Of a stretch of 64,000 nt of DNA, positions 1 to 10,230 are shown piece by piece (the stretch's first letter is position 1; each line of letters begins with the position of its first letter). Origin of the DNA: Piromyces finnis finn (lineage: Eukaryota > Fungi > Neocallimastigomycota); contig MCFH01000021.1 of assembly GCA_002104945.1 (NCBI GenBank), positions 1-64,000 of the forward strand, read 5' to 3'. A model generated the notes under the pieces. The model was given only the letters and a program-made list of their open reading frames with translations, searched no databases and was not told the DNA's origin. Position numbers and translations under genes: made by a program.

Positions 1-169
1 TTTAATAAAGAGAATATTATTTATTTAAAAGAAAGGGTTATATTTCCATAAAATTATTATTTATTCATTTTTAAGGGTTATTATCTTTTATTTTTATTAT
101 AAGTCGCTATGGGTTAAGTCGTGTTTATTCGGCTAGTTTTTATTACGTTTTTATTTGAGTAGCGTATCA
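1..169. mobile_element. Right end of a family K solo LTR (truncated by the window start)
   Basis: Matches 2158-2326, ends ...GAGTAGCGTATCA and is followed by AATC. Confidence 0.85.
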
Positions 170-183
170 AATCTATTAGAAAA

Positions 184-256
184 TTAATATTGTCTTAATG
201 GTTAGTATTTAAGACATTAATCTGGATCACTCGGGTTCGACTCACACCTTGATCCA
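184..256 (+). promoter_or_regulatory. tRNA-derived Pol III A-box/B-box element (pseudo-tRNA) in an N-family LTR piece
   Basis: TGTCTTAATGG (A box, T8 at 191) and GGTTCGACTC (B box), 44 nt from T8 to G53; no acceptor or T-stem pairing. Confidence 0.7.
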
Positions 257-450
257 AAATTTATTTTAAATTATTTATTTAACAATTTAATTTATGACTC
301 ATAGAAACTTATAGAACTTATTCGAAAAAGAAAAAGTTCGAATATTCGAAAAATTAAATATTTTATGTATTTTTATCACGAGATTCATTTTATGTAATTT
401 TTAATTAATTTAAAGAATAATTTAGAAAGAAAATTTAATTTTTAATTTAG

Positions 451-1054
451 TGTAATGCTGACACAGAAAGAATAGATTAGGATATCTATTCTATTACAAT
501 AACACAAAATTTAAAATAAAATAAAAAATTGTTTTATTAAAAATATCTTTTATTATAATAGAAATTTTATTAATAACAATTACATCGATAAAATGATGAA
601 AAATATCTTCTATTTATATTTTTCCTAAATACATTTATATTATATTATAACTATTTATTTCTTATATATTATTATTTAAAATCTACACTAAAATCTTAAT
701 TATTAATAAATATTTAAACTATAACTATTTTTAGTAAAATACAATTGGCAATTCAAATTAAGTACTATTCAATTTGAATATGTGCCCATGTATTATTGAT
801 ATATTAATCATTTATTATTTATTTATTTCTATGAAAAAACAATACTAAAACTAGGGATTTAAATTGAGAATATTAATTTACTTGTTAAACATTAAAAATA
901 AATTAATAATTTATTTTGTTTTAAACTTTAATTATTAATAAATAAATTATGTCTCATTTTCTTTTTCTGAATATAATTTGTGTAACTTAAACAATAATAC
1001 TTGTGGCTTAAGTTACATTAAAGATATCAAACAGAGGCGTTTGATATCTTTACA
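451..1054 (-). mobile_element. Family M LTR (604 bp), solo, with mismatched flanks
   Basis: TGTAATG...CTTTACA, same as 12665-13268 and 18433-19036; flanks TTTAG and GTCAA are not a TSD. Confidence 0.9.
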
Positions 1055-1249
1055 GTCAACCAATATTTAATATCCCAATTATTTATACTATTCAACTTGA
1101 CTATTCCTAATTATTTTATTCTTATATTAAATAAATAATTTAACAACCTTATTATTATACTATACTAACCTTTTTATTATTTACTACTACTAAACTAACA
1201 ACTAGTTATTAACCAAACTAATATATTTTTATTATTACTGTAACGAATC

Positions 1250-2326
1250 TGATGCGTTGACCGATATATTTTTGAATAATATAATATTTTTAATAAATAA
1301 TAAATTCTAATATTTATGATGAAACAATAAATTTAAAATAAAATAAAATATGTTTTATAATTAACAAATAAATCACTCAAAAACTCGAAAATAAACTCTT
1401 TTTATTATGTTTAAATTATCTCTTTATTATATTTATAATTTATTTATTGTCTATTTATTGTCCCCCCCTTTATAAAGAAGAATTTTATCTTCCTTTTATA
1501 CATTTTCATTTATTACATGTATTATTATTTTTAACTATTAAATGTTATTATTACTATTGTTATTATTTATTAAAATTAAAAGAATAAATTAAAATTATGT
1601 CTTAGTATTATAAAATATTATAGAATATTACTTATTTGATTTTCTTATTACTTCAAAATGTTTAAATTTAGAAAAATTATTATAAATTATCATTGACTAT
1701 CATTAAATGTATAATACCTTGAATAAAATAATTAAAATTTAAAATTAAAATAATATTAAAATAAAATTAAAATGAAATTAAAATATTAAAAGTATCAATT
1801 ATTATAAACACTCATTTTATACAGAAACATAAAAGAGTTCTGTATTTTATCTTTGAAATTGTTATTATTGTTCTATTTCCAGGCTTTAAATTAATCACTT
1901 TTAGTAATAATTACTCAGTTATTTATTTGTTAATTTATATATATAAGTTTGAAAGAATTTCTAAAGAACACTTGGATAAAACACTAGAATTAATAATTTA
2001 ATGTATATCATTTTATTTTTTTAGTTTATTTATTCATTTTTATTTACTTATTATTATTTTATTATTTTAATACATTTTTGGATTGAGTCGTTTTATTTTA
2101 TTTAATAATTTATTTTATTATTATCTCTATTAAGTCGTTTTTATTCATAATTTATTATTTAATAAAGAGAATATTATTTATTTAAAAGAAAGGGTTATAT
2201 TTCCATAAAATTATTATTTATTCATTTTTAAGGGTTATTATCTTTTATTTTTATTATAAGTCGCTATGGGTTAAGTCGTGTTTATTCGGCTAGTTTTTAT
2301 TACGTTTTTATTTGAGTAGCGTATCA
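1250..2326. mobile_element. Family K solo LTR (1077 bp) inserted at bases 8-11 of an N LTR
   Basis: TGATGCG...CGTATCA termini; 4-bp TSD AATC (1246-1249 and 2327-2330); preceded by the N-LTR start TGTAACG (1239-1245). Confidence 0.85.
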
Positions 2327-3059
2327 AATCTGTTACGGTTCGAGGAATTTACTTTTATTTATAAAATATTAATAAATTTATTAATACTCAAAAATAATAT
2401 TAAAATGAAATAAGAAAAATTGTTTTATTAATAAAATTGTTTTATTAAGATATTAATATAAAATTATAAAATAAAATAAAAATAAAAATAAAAATATCTG
2501 TATATTCTCTAATTCTTATAATATACACCTTTTTATACTTTTTGTAAAAAATTAAGTAGTGTTAATTAAAAGAATTAGTCTTTAATTATTTACATTAATT
2601 TTAGTATTTAAATTACTTTTAAATGAATAATAAAATTACATTACTATTATAATAAATATTTATACATATTATTAAATTGATTAACATACATTAAAAGTTT
2701 ACTTTAAATATATTTAACTAAAGAATTTTACTATTTTACAGAAATATTATTCATAATTTTAATTAATAAAAATTCATTAACTTGATAAATTAAACTAAAA
2801 GTTCAATAAACTATAATTTTCAATATATTATTATTACTAAATTAATTTTTAAGTTTAATAAAATAAAATTTAAGTTCAATAAAAATAATTATTAATAATT
2901 TTAAATATAATTTAAGTGTATACATTAATTTACAAATAAGAATATTGTAAAGTTTTCATATATTTAGGAACAATAATGGATTAGGTCATAATCATTAATT
3001 ATGACAAGAATAACATTATTTGTTGGTTCCTTAACAAGTGCCCCCACGAAGACTCTTGC

Positions 3060-6000
3060 TTACGCAAAAGCAGAGTTAAACTTTACAATGTTCTTAAGAT
3101 GAACATTTCGGTTCATCTGAATTCCAGTGGATATATCAGCTAAAGTAACCGTATTGAATTGTTTCTTGACAACTTTGAGTGGTCCAACGAAATAAGGCTC
3201 TAACTTCGTTCGATTAAAATTTCTAACTAATACTAGATCACCGATATGGATATTTTTGCCCTTAGTCATACTTTGTTTTTCTTCCCTTCTAGTAGCCCAG
3301 TATTTATTCGCATTTTTAATATTTTCACAAGCTTCCAACGTCCACCTGTAATGATTAATAAACTTCTCAAGTAAGATTTCATCCGAAGACTGATTAATAC
3401 CCTTAGTAGGTCTGGCGGCAATATCAAAGGGTTGCTGATCTTCTCTTCCATAAACCAATTCAAAGCTAGAATGGTTTGTGACAGTATTTTTAGTAGTTCT
3501 GAGCGCCCAAAGAGCAGAAGGCAAAACTTCATCCCAATCCTTGTTTTCTGTTCCAAGCAGTCTTAGAAGCTTTCCAATTTCTCTGTTTCTATTTTCAGTC
3601 AAACCATTACTTTCAGGATGATAAGTTGAGACAAACTTGACATAGACATCATATAAGTCCAGGAAAACTTTGGTCATATCTGAGGTAAATTGGACACCGT
3701 TATCGGTTGTAATGACTTGTGGTACTCCATGCCGAGAGAAAACATTGATTAAAAATTTTATGACATCCTTTGAAGTGATATTTTCGGTGGGTTCTGCTTC
3801 GACCCATTTTGTGAAATGATCCACTGCAACTATAATATATTGGTTATTGTTACGAGTTTTTACCAATGGACCAATGATATCTAAACCCAGATGAGTGAAA
3901 GGAGCTTCAACCTCAGTTGGAAGATTTTCCGTAGGTTCTGGATATGGTTGAGGGCGATTAAGTTGGCATTTTTCACATTTGGCTACAACTCTTCGAATAT
4001 CATTAACCATGTCGTTCCAATAATAGCTTTTTCTCAGACGTTGATAAGTTTTATAATATCCTTCATGTCCAATGTTATGAGCTTCCAAAATCAATTTCAG
4101 CTTTTCATTGGTTTCCGTGATCAGTTTTCGATAATTCCTTCCATCAATAAAGTAATCCACCCCATCTATTTTGGTGAACTTTTCTTCAACAAATTCTTTA
4201 ATTACCTTAGATAGCATGGTTTCTTCTATACCTTTATTAATTTTAGTAGCTAACACTTCCTTATCTTTGTCATTTCTCATTCGAGACAGTGCATCTGCTA
4301 CAACATTCTTTTTACCTTGTTCATAACGAATATCAACTCCTAGCATACTAGCTGTTAAACACCATCTTGTTTGTCTTGCATTGTTTGGCTCCTTATTTTT
4401 AAATAATCCAATTAATGGTTTATGATCAGTATAGACGATAGTCTTGAATGGACTTCCCATTATATAAGGCTTTAATTTAGTAATGCAGTAAAATAAGGCA
4501 GTCCCTTCCAAGTCAGTAATTCCATAATTTTTTTCTGCTTTCGTCAGACTTCGGCTAATATAATGAATTGGATGTTCAATATCGGTACCTTCCTTTTGTA
4601 ATAATACTCCTCCGATTCCTTCATACGATGCATCTGTTCGGATTATAAATTCTTTCTCAAAATCAGGGAATTTCAGAATAGGCGCATTAATTAACTTTTC
4701 TTTCAATATAATAAAACTCTCTTGTTGTTCATTACACCATTTGAAAGGAACACCTTTTCTAAGCAGCTTACACAAGGGAGCAGTAAGTTTAGCATAATTA
4801 GGAATAAAATCTCTATAATATCCAATTGAACCTAGGAATGATCTTAATTCATGGATATTCGAAGGAGGTTTCCAATTTTTTATAGCTTGGATTTTGTTAT
4901 CTAATGGTTTAAGACCTTCTGTAGTTAAACGATGGCCTAACACGTCAACTTCAGTTTGCATAAAATGACATTTTTCAATATTGATTTTTAGTTTGTTTTC
5001 CCGGAAAATTGCTAAAACTTGATTTATATGTTCAATATGTTCTTCAATACTCTTTGAATAGATCAGAATATCATCAATGAAGTTATAAACACACTTTCCA
5101 ATTAACGGAAACAGAATCCGATTCATCTCCCTCTGAAATGTAGCGGGTGCTCCAGTGAGACCAAAAGGCATAACCTTGAATTGGTAATTTCCAAACTTAG
5201 TTGTAAAACTTGTCAATTCAACGCTTTCTTCATCCATAAGGATTTGATGATAGCCGGAATATAAGTCCATAGTAGTGAATATAGTTGCACCATGTAAACT
5301 ATCAAATATCTCATCTATAAAAGGAATTGAATAGGCATCCTTTTCAGACAAATCATTAACTCTTCGATAGTCCACGCACATTCTCCATTTCCCATTATGC
5401 TTCGGGACCAAAACCACCGGAGAAGACCATTCCGAGTACGATGGCTCAATTAGCTTTTTATTAATCAATTTAGACAATTCTTCCTTAAGTATATCAGATT
5501 TGAACTTGGCTAACCTATATGATCTTTGTTTAATTGGCTTTGCTCCTGGCTTTAAATTAATCTTATGGGGAGTTAAATTCGAAGGTGTTAGTTCTTCAGA
5601 AGAAGTAGCAATAATTTCAATATTCTCTTCCAATATCCGAACAATTTGTTCTCGATACTTTTCATTAAGAGTCTCAGTAAAATTTTTATTGTGAATATAT
5701 TCTGAAGGTGGTAAACCTTCAATATTTTTCAAATCACTTTTAAAATCTTCATCACCGACTCTACGTATCATACACATAATCTTTTCTTCATCATCATATT
5801 TGTTATTAATTGGAGCAATATCTTCAATAAATCCATTTGAATTAAATCTGCAAAGACTATAGCGAAGTGGGTGGATAAATAAGTTGTTATCCATTTGGGT
5901 TTTCAAATTAATTAACATATCATAAAAGGGGTCTTCTTTATCCACCACTCTAAAATCAGCAGTGATTGTAAGATCATTTATCTGGACCGGTACTCTAATA

Positions 6001-7115
6001 ATTATACCTTCCGAATAGTCATCATTTTTAGTAGCTAAACGTATTCTTCCACAACTCAATCCAATAGATTCATATTGATGGGGAAGTTTATCTAAATATT
6101 TTTTTGTTATAATACTTAAGTTGCTACAGGAATCAACTAATAATTTACCTGGTACCCCATCAACCGTTGCATCTACCATAGCGATATCTTCTTCTGATAC
6201 TTCTTTACTTTTGCTTACATACGAATGATCTACATTATTTACTAATACCGAAGTAGCATTAAAATTCTCCAGAGCTCCCACAATTTTTGTGTTGTTCTTT
6301 TCCAGTTTAAGACCTTGTGACACTTGCGTTCGTAACTTTGGAGCCGAGTTAAGTAATTGACCAAAAGTAATATTGCATTTTGTTTCGTTAAGATCTTTAA
6401 CTACATTATATTCTTCCGTATCTGCTATCATTTGAATATTTCTAGCAGTTTTCTTAACCTTCGATTCTGCAGGTTTTTCTTTCTTTTGCTTTTTCATTAA
6501 TTTATTTAGAGTTGAATTAGAAGTAGATTTGGTTGATTCACTTGTGTTATCTTTCTCTACCACCTTAGCACCTTTCTTATCTGTAATTGCAGATAACATT
6601 TCTTCTTCATCATAGTCGATAATAATAGGATCTTCCTTAGAACTTGCCAATTCATTCTTTTCTTCTTCCTTTTGTTCACTACTACTAGCACGCTCTTTAT
6701 CCCGAAGTTTTCTTTCTTTTAGTTTTTGTTCTCTGATATTCGGTTGAGCAATAATAGAAGGATGCAGTTGCTTAGGAGAAACATCTATTGGTATATTTTC
6801 TAATTCTTGTGCTTTACGTTTCCTAAGAGCAGGTGTAAGAATAGGTCTAGGATCATTTTTCAAGTTTTTGTGAAGTCGTTTTTCTTTATTATCATCTTGT
6901 TCTTTGCTTATTTTATCCAACTTCCTTTTATTAGCACATACAAAGAACTGTTCATTAATATCAGTATCTTCAAAGTCACTTTCGATTTCTTCATCATATT
7001 CTTCTTTCGACCAATCACTCTGGCTTGTTGTTTCTTCACTTGGCATTGACTGATACTGAGCTGAAGCTATTTTATTGACGATGGGAGTGCTTCTTCTCCC
7101 ACTTAATGATTTAAA
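3060..7115 (-). CDS. pol: Element A Pol (protease, RT, RNase H, integrase with GPY/F), reached by a -1 frameshift from gag
   Basis: LLVDSCSN protease, YNFIDD RT, IRTDAS RNase H, HNIGH..C..C zinc finger, LDIIGP/TDNG/E catalytic triad; frame is open from the slippery site to the listed ATG at 7046. Confidence 0.95.
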   Translation of the reverse strand, partial: FKSLSGRRSTPIVNKIASAQYQSMPSEETTSQSDWSKEEYDEEIESDFEDTDINEQFFVCANKRKLDKISKEQDDNKEKRLHKNLKNDPRPILTPALRKRKAQELENIPIDVSPKQLHPSIIAQPNIREQKLKERKLRDKERASSSEQKEEEKNELASSKEDPIIIDYDEEEMLSAITDKKGAKVVEKDNTSESTKSTSNSTLNKLMKKQKKEKPAESKVKKTARNIQMIADTEEYNVVKDLNETKCNITFGQLLNSAPKLRTQVSQGLKLEKNNTKIVGALENFNATSVLVNNVDHSYVSKSKEVSEEDIAMVDATVDGVPGKLLVDSCSNLSIITKKYLDKLPHQYESIGLSCGRIRLATKNDDYSEGIIIRVPVQINDLTITADFRVVDKEDPFYDMLINLKTQMDNNLFIHPLRYSLCRFNSNGFIEDIAPINNKYDDEEKIMCMIRRVGDEDFKSDLKNIEGLPPSEYIHNKNFTETLNEKYREQIVRILEENIEIIATSSEELTPSNLTPHKINLKPGAKPIKQRSYRLAKFKSDILKEELSKLINKKLIEPSYSEWSSPVVLVPKHNGKWRMCVDYRRVNDLSEKDAYSIPFIDEIFDSLHGATIFTTMDLYSGYHQILMDEESVELTSFTTKFGNYQFKVMPFGLTGAPATFQREMNRILFPLIGKCVYNFIDDILIYSKSIEEHIEHINQVLAIFRENKLKINIEKCHFMQTEVDVLGHRLTTEGLKPLDNKIQAIKNWKPPSNIHELRSFLGSIGYYRDFIPNYAKLTAPLCKLLRKGVPFKWCNEQQESFIILKEKLINAPILKFPDFEKEFIIRTDASYEGIGGVLLQKEGTDIEHPIHYISRSLTKAEKNYGITDLEGTALFYCITKLKPYIMGSPFKTIVYTDHKPLIGLFKNKEPNNARQTRWCLTASMLGVDIRYEQGKKNVVADALSRMRNDKDKEVLATKINKGIEETMLSKVIKEFVEEKFTKIDGVDYFIDGRNYRKLITETNEKLKLILEAHNIGHEGYYKTYQRLRKSYYWNDMVNDIRRVVAKCEKCQLNRPQPYPEPTENLPTEVEAPFTHLGLDIIGPLVKTRNNNQYIIVAVDHFTKWVEAEPTENITSKDVIKFLINVFSRHGVPQVITTDNGVQFTSDMTKVFLDLYDVYVKFVSTYHPESNGLTENRNREIGKLLRLLGTENKDWDEVLPSALWALRTTKNTVTNHSSFELVYGREDQQPFDIAARPTKGINQSSDEILLEKFINHYRWTLEACENIKNANKYWATRREEKQSMTKGKNIHIGDLVLVRNFNRTKLEPYFVGPLKVVKKQFNTVTLADISTGIQMNRNVHLKNIVKFNSAFA
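7063..7115 (-). promoter_or_regulatory. -1 ribosomal frameshift signal of A (TTTAAAT + pseudoknot)
   Basis: Slippery heptamer at 7109-7115, 6-nt spacer, stem GTGGGAG/CTCCCAT, loop GAAGC pairs with downstream GCTTC. Confidence 0.8.
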
Positions 7116-7984
7116 TGATTATCATAATAACGCTTCTTGTTTCCTTCAATAATGGCTTGAAGTTTTGGGCAATTTTGTTGATAATGACCAGGTTCACTAC
7201 AGAAGAAACAAGCTTTAATAGTTAAATTCTTCATTTTCTTGACTAGGTTATTCATTTCATCATCTTTATTAGGCTTTTTGGCTTCAGTAAAAGAAACTTT
7301 TCTCTTGTATGGTTGAAAATTATTATAACTTTTGGTTATTGCAGTAGTCGTTGGTAGATTACCATCATTATCTATTCTAGTAGATAACCTATCTACCTTC
7401 TCAGCTATCTTAAAGGCCTTTTCTAGAGTGATATCATCTTTTAAAGATACTTTTCTCCATGCTTCTTTATTATTTTGTAAAGAATCTGCATAATCTAACA
7501 CACTAATCTGCTTCTTCTTTTTCTTATCCAACTTTAAATATAAAGATCTATATCTTCTATTGAAATCTTTAACTGATTCATTTCTTCTTATACGTAGTCT
7601 TCTTAGTTCCCGTAATAACATACTTTGATCTTCTTTTAACCCATAAAATGTTTCAAGGGCATTGATAATTTTCCCAAGTGAGGGATAATCTTCTTCATTA
7701 GATTCATTTTTCTGATTCTCTTCTTCATTTTCACTTTCATATTCATCTTCACTATCACTGTCTTTATCTTCCAACTCTTGGATTACCTTTCTTGGTTCAC
7801 CCTTAGAAGTAAGCACACATGCCATGTAAATTTTCTTGGCACTAGTGATATCTTGAAGTTCAATCCATAAACTTATTTCAGAAGCCCAGGATCTTATGTC
7901 CAAATTATCTTTGGAAAGTTTTTCTATATCCTTGAGTTCCTTCTTCAACTCCTTGAAATCTATCCTTGTAGTAGAATTGCTCAT
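7103..7984 (-). CDS. gag: Element A Gag with CCHC knuckle
   Basis: CFFCSEPGHYQQNC; the ORF-track start at 8044 is a TTG, and the first ATG (MSNSTT) is at 7984. Confidence 0.9.
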   Translation of the reverse strand: MSNSTTRIDFKELKKELKDIEKLSKDNLDIRSWASEISLWIELQDITSAKKIYMACVLTSKGEPRKVIQELEDKDSDSEDEYESENEEENQKNESNEEDYPSLGKIINALETFYGLKEDQSMLLRELRRLRIRRNESVKDFNRRYRSLYLKLDKKKKKQISVLDYADSLQNNKEAWRKVSLKDDITLEKAFKIAEKVDRLSTRIDNDGNLPTTTAITKSYNNFQPYKRKVSFTEAKKPNKDDEMNNLVKKMKNLTIKACFFCSEPGHYQQNCPKLQAIIEGNKKRYYDNHLNH

Positions 7985-9496
7985 TTTCTTGTATTTTCCT
8001 TGACCGAATTTATTGCAGTACAAGATGACACAGTATAGACTCAAAAATACCTTTGATAGTCTAAAAAAAAATTATAAGTTCGAAATTCCTTTATCGACCA
8101 CTTATTAGTTGTAACCAAGCTCGAAATTCCTTTATCGACCACTTGACAGAATGAGATACAAATAATCTAGCACAGCACGTACTACCAATTATTTATTTAA
8201 ATTTTTAGTATCACTCCTTACTATCTTAGTTCAGTCAGAAAAGATGAAATTATTACTTTTGTTTTCTGTTTTTCTTATAGTTAATTATTATTTGTTTTCA
8301 ATTTACTAGCAAGAATTTTAATTTAATATTGTTATTACTGATTCAAGTTACCGACCAAATTATATATAATAGACTATTAACTAAGAGTCTTTCGTCCAAT
8401 GGTAAATGTTGCCGTCACCTTATTCACACGATCTAAGTTCCGTCACGTGCTTCAGGATCTTTCTACCACCCCTAGTATACCTCTGTTGATTAGTTAATAA
8501 TGCTTGTCTATGCTGATATAACTTGTTTAACTTAAAACAGTAAGAAAAGAATATTTCAATTAGCAATATTAAATTACTCGAAGAGAATCAACAAAAAGAA
8601 TAGATATATATATCTATATTTTTTTTTTTTTTTTTTTTTAATTAATTATTTTTTAAAAACTTATTTCTTTTTATAAAAATATAAGCCAACCTATATAATG
8701 TTAAACCATCAAGTATTATAGGTTGTGTAATTCTAAGTGAAAATCCCTCGTAGCTCTTTGATGATAGGCCACAAATATACCCGATGGTTAATATTAAATA
8801 TAATTTAATAAAAGGAAGTAACGTAATTAATTTCTTTATTATCACTAACTTAATTAGCGGAAAGAAAATAATTGATTATCTTCCCCAATTATCAGGTATA
8901 ATTGAACACCAAAGTATTACGTACAGCAGTTTAACTTGCCACGCTAAGGGTCACTTTCGAATTATTTATTTATATTTTAAAAAGAATAATTTTTAAAAAT
9001 CGTTCAATTAAAAAAAAATATTTTTTTTTTTTTTTTTAAAAAAAATTATAAATACTAAAATAATATTTAATTTATTAAAAATTTGAATTACAATAATAAG
9101 TATAGTAGAACAGCATTTCACAGCAATTTTCCAATACTTATTTAGGGTGCTTAAGTAGTTCACAATTGCCCAGCTTACCGTATTACCAGTGTCATGTAGC
9201 AATTATGCGAGGCACTTCTATTTCTCTAGCAAAATAGAAAGGTTCAGCGCTTTCCAGTATCCTACTGTGAAAGATAAACTAGACCTAAAAACTTAACCAC
9301 TAATTCCTAAATAAGTACTGCTTCTAAAGCGTACTAATTCAGTTCTACTAAAATATTATACCTTAAAGCTTCAACAGTAATATAAATATTACCTATAACT
9401 TTGAAGGGTAATAAATTTTTAAGAAATTTATATAATATTTTAGTAATATTTTAATATTACTTTATCCTATGTATTAATAATTTTTATTAATATTAT

Positions 9497-9513
9497 CCCC
9501 GATATCTCCACCA
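9497..9513 (-). promoter_or_regulatory. PBS of A, tRNA-Ala type
   Basis: TGGTGGAGATATCGGGG, complementary to a tRNA-Ala-like 3' end (...ATCTCCACCA), 7 nt from the LTR. Confidence 0.75.
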
Positions 9514-10230
9514 ATTTTTATGTTACGGTTCGAGGAATTTACTTTTATTTATAAAATATTAATAAATTTATTAATACTCAAAAATAATATTAAAATGAAA
9601 TAAGAAAAATTGTTTTATTAATAAAATTGTTTTATTAAGATATTAATATAAAATTATAAAATAAAATAAAAATAAAAATAAAAATATCTGTATATTCTCT
9701 AATTCTTATAATATACACCTTTTTATACTTTTTGTAAAAAATTAAGTAGTGTTAATTAAAAGAATTAGTCTTTAATTATTTACATTAATTTTAGTATTTA
9801 AATTACTTTTAAATGAATAATAAAATTACATTACTATTATAATAAATATTTATACATATTATTAAATTGATTAACATACATTAAAAGTTTACTTTAAATA
9901 TATTTAACTAAAGAATTTTACTATTTTACAGAAATATTATTCATAATTTTAATTAATAAAAATTCATTAACTTGATAAATTAAACTAAAAGTTCAATAAA
10001 CTATAATTTTCAATATATTATTATTACTAAATTAATTTTTAAGTTTAATAAAATAAAATTTAAGTTCAATAAAAATAATTATTAATAATTTTAAATATAA
10101 TTTAAGTGTATACATTAATTTACAAATAAGAATATTGTAAAGTTTTCATATATTTAGGAACAATAATGGATTAGGTCATAATCATTAATTATGACAAGAA
10201 TAACATTATTTGTTGGTTCCTTAACAAATC

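Larger units (their letters stand above)
174..2330. repeat. 2157-bp tandem unit, copy 1 (N-LTR piece + M LTR + 184-bp spacer + N-LTR start + K LTR + AATC)
   Basis: Looks identical to 10231-12387; partial copies at 1-173 and 12388-13268. Confidence 0.9.
2331..10226 (-). mobile_element. Full-length Ty3/gypsy retrotransposon A (no chromodomain), apparently intact
   Basis: 706-bp LTRs at 2331-3036 and 9521-10226, identical by eye; TSD AATC; PBS at 9497-9513; gag and pol ORFs. Confidence 0.95.

Noticed and set aside
184-256. Functional tRNA gene in the N and N2 LTRs
   Set aside because: The acceptor and T stems do not pair; only the promoter boxes and an alternative hairpin remain
300-355. Heat-shock element in the N LTR (TTCGAATATTCGAA palindrome)
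   Set aside because: The GAA/TTC spacing does not give three contiguous nGAAn units
998-1054. MITE suggested by the perfect 13-bp inverted repeat AAAGATATCAAAC/GTTTGATATCTTT (1020-1051)
   Set aside because: It is a fixed internal hairpin at the M LTR end, with a 6-nt loop and no TSD of its own
3266-6000. Short ORFs overlapping or antisense to pol genes throughout the window
   Set aside because: Shadows of the long retroelement frames; their duplicates simply follow the A and A2 duplication
8340-8480. Hammerhead ribozyme in the A leader (GACGAAA-GACT..AGTC-TA)
   Set aside because: A stem III and NUH look-alike is present, but there is no CUGANGA core or stem II partner
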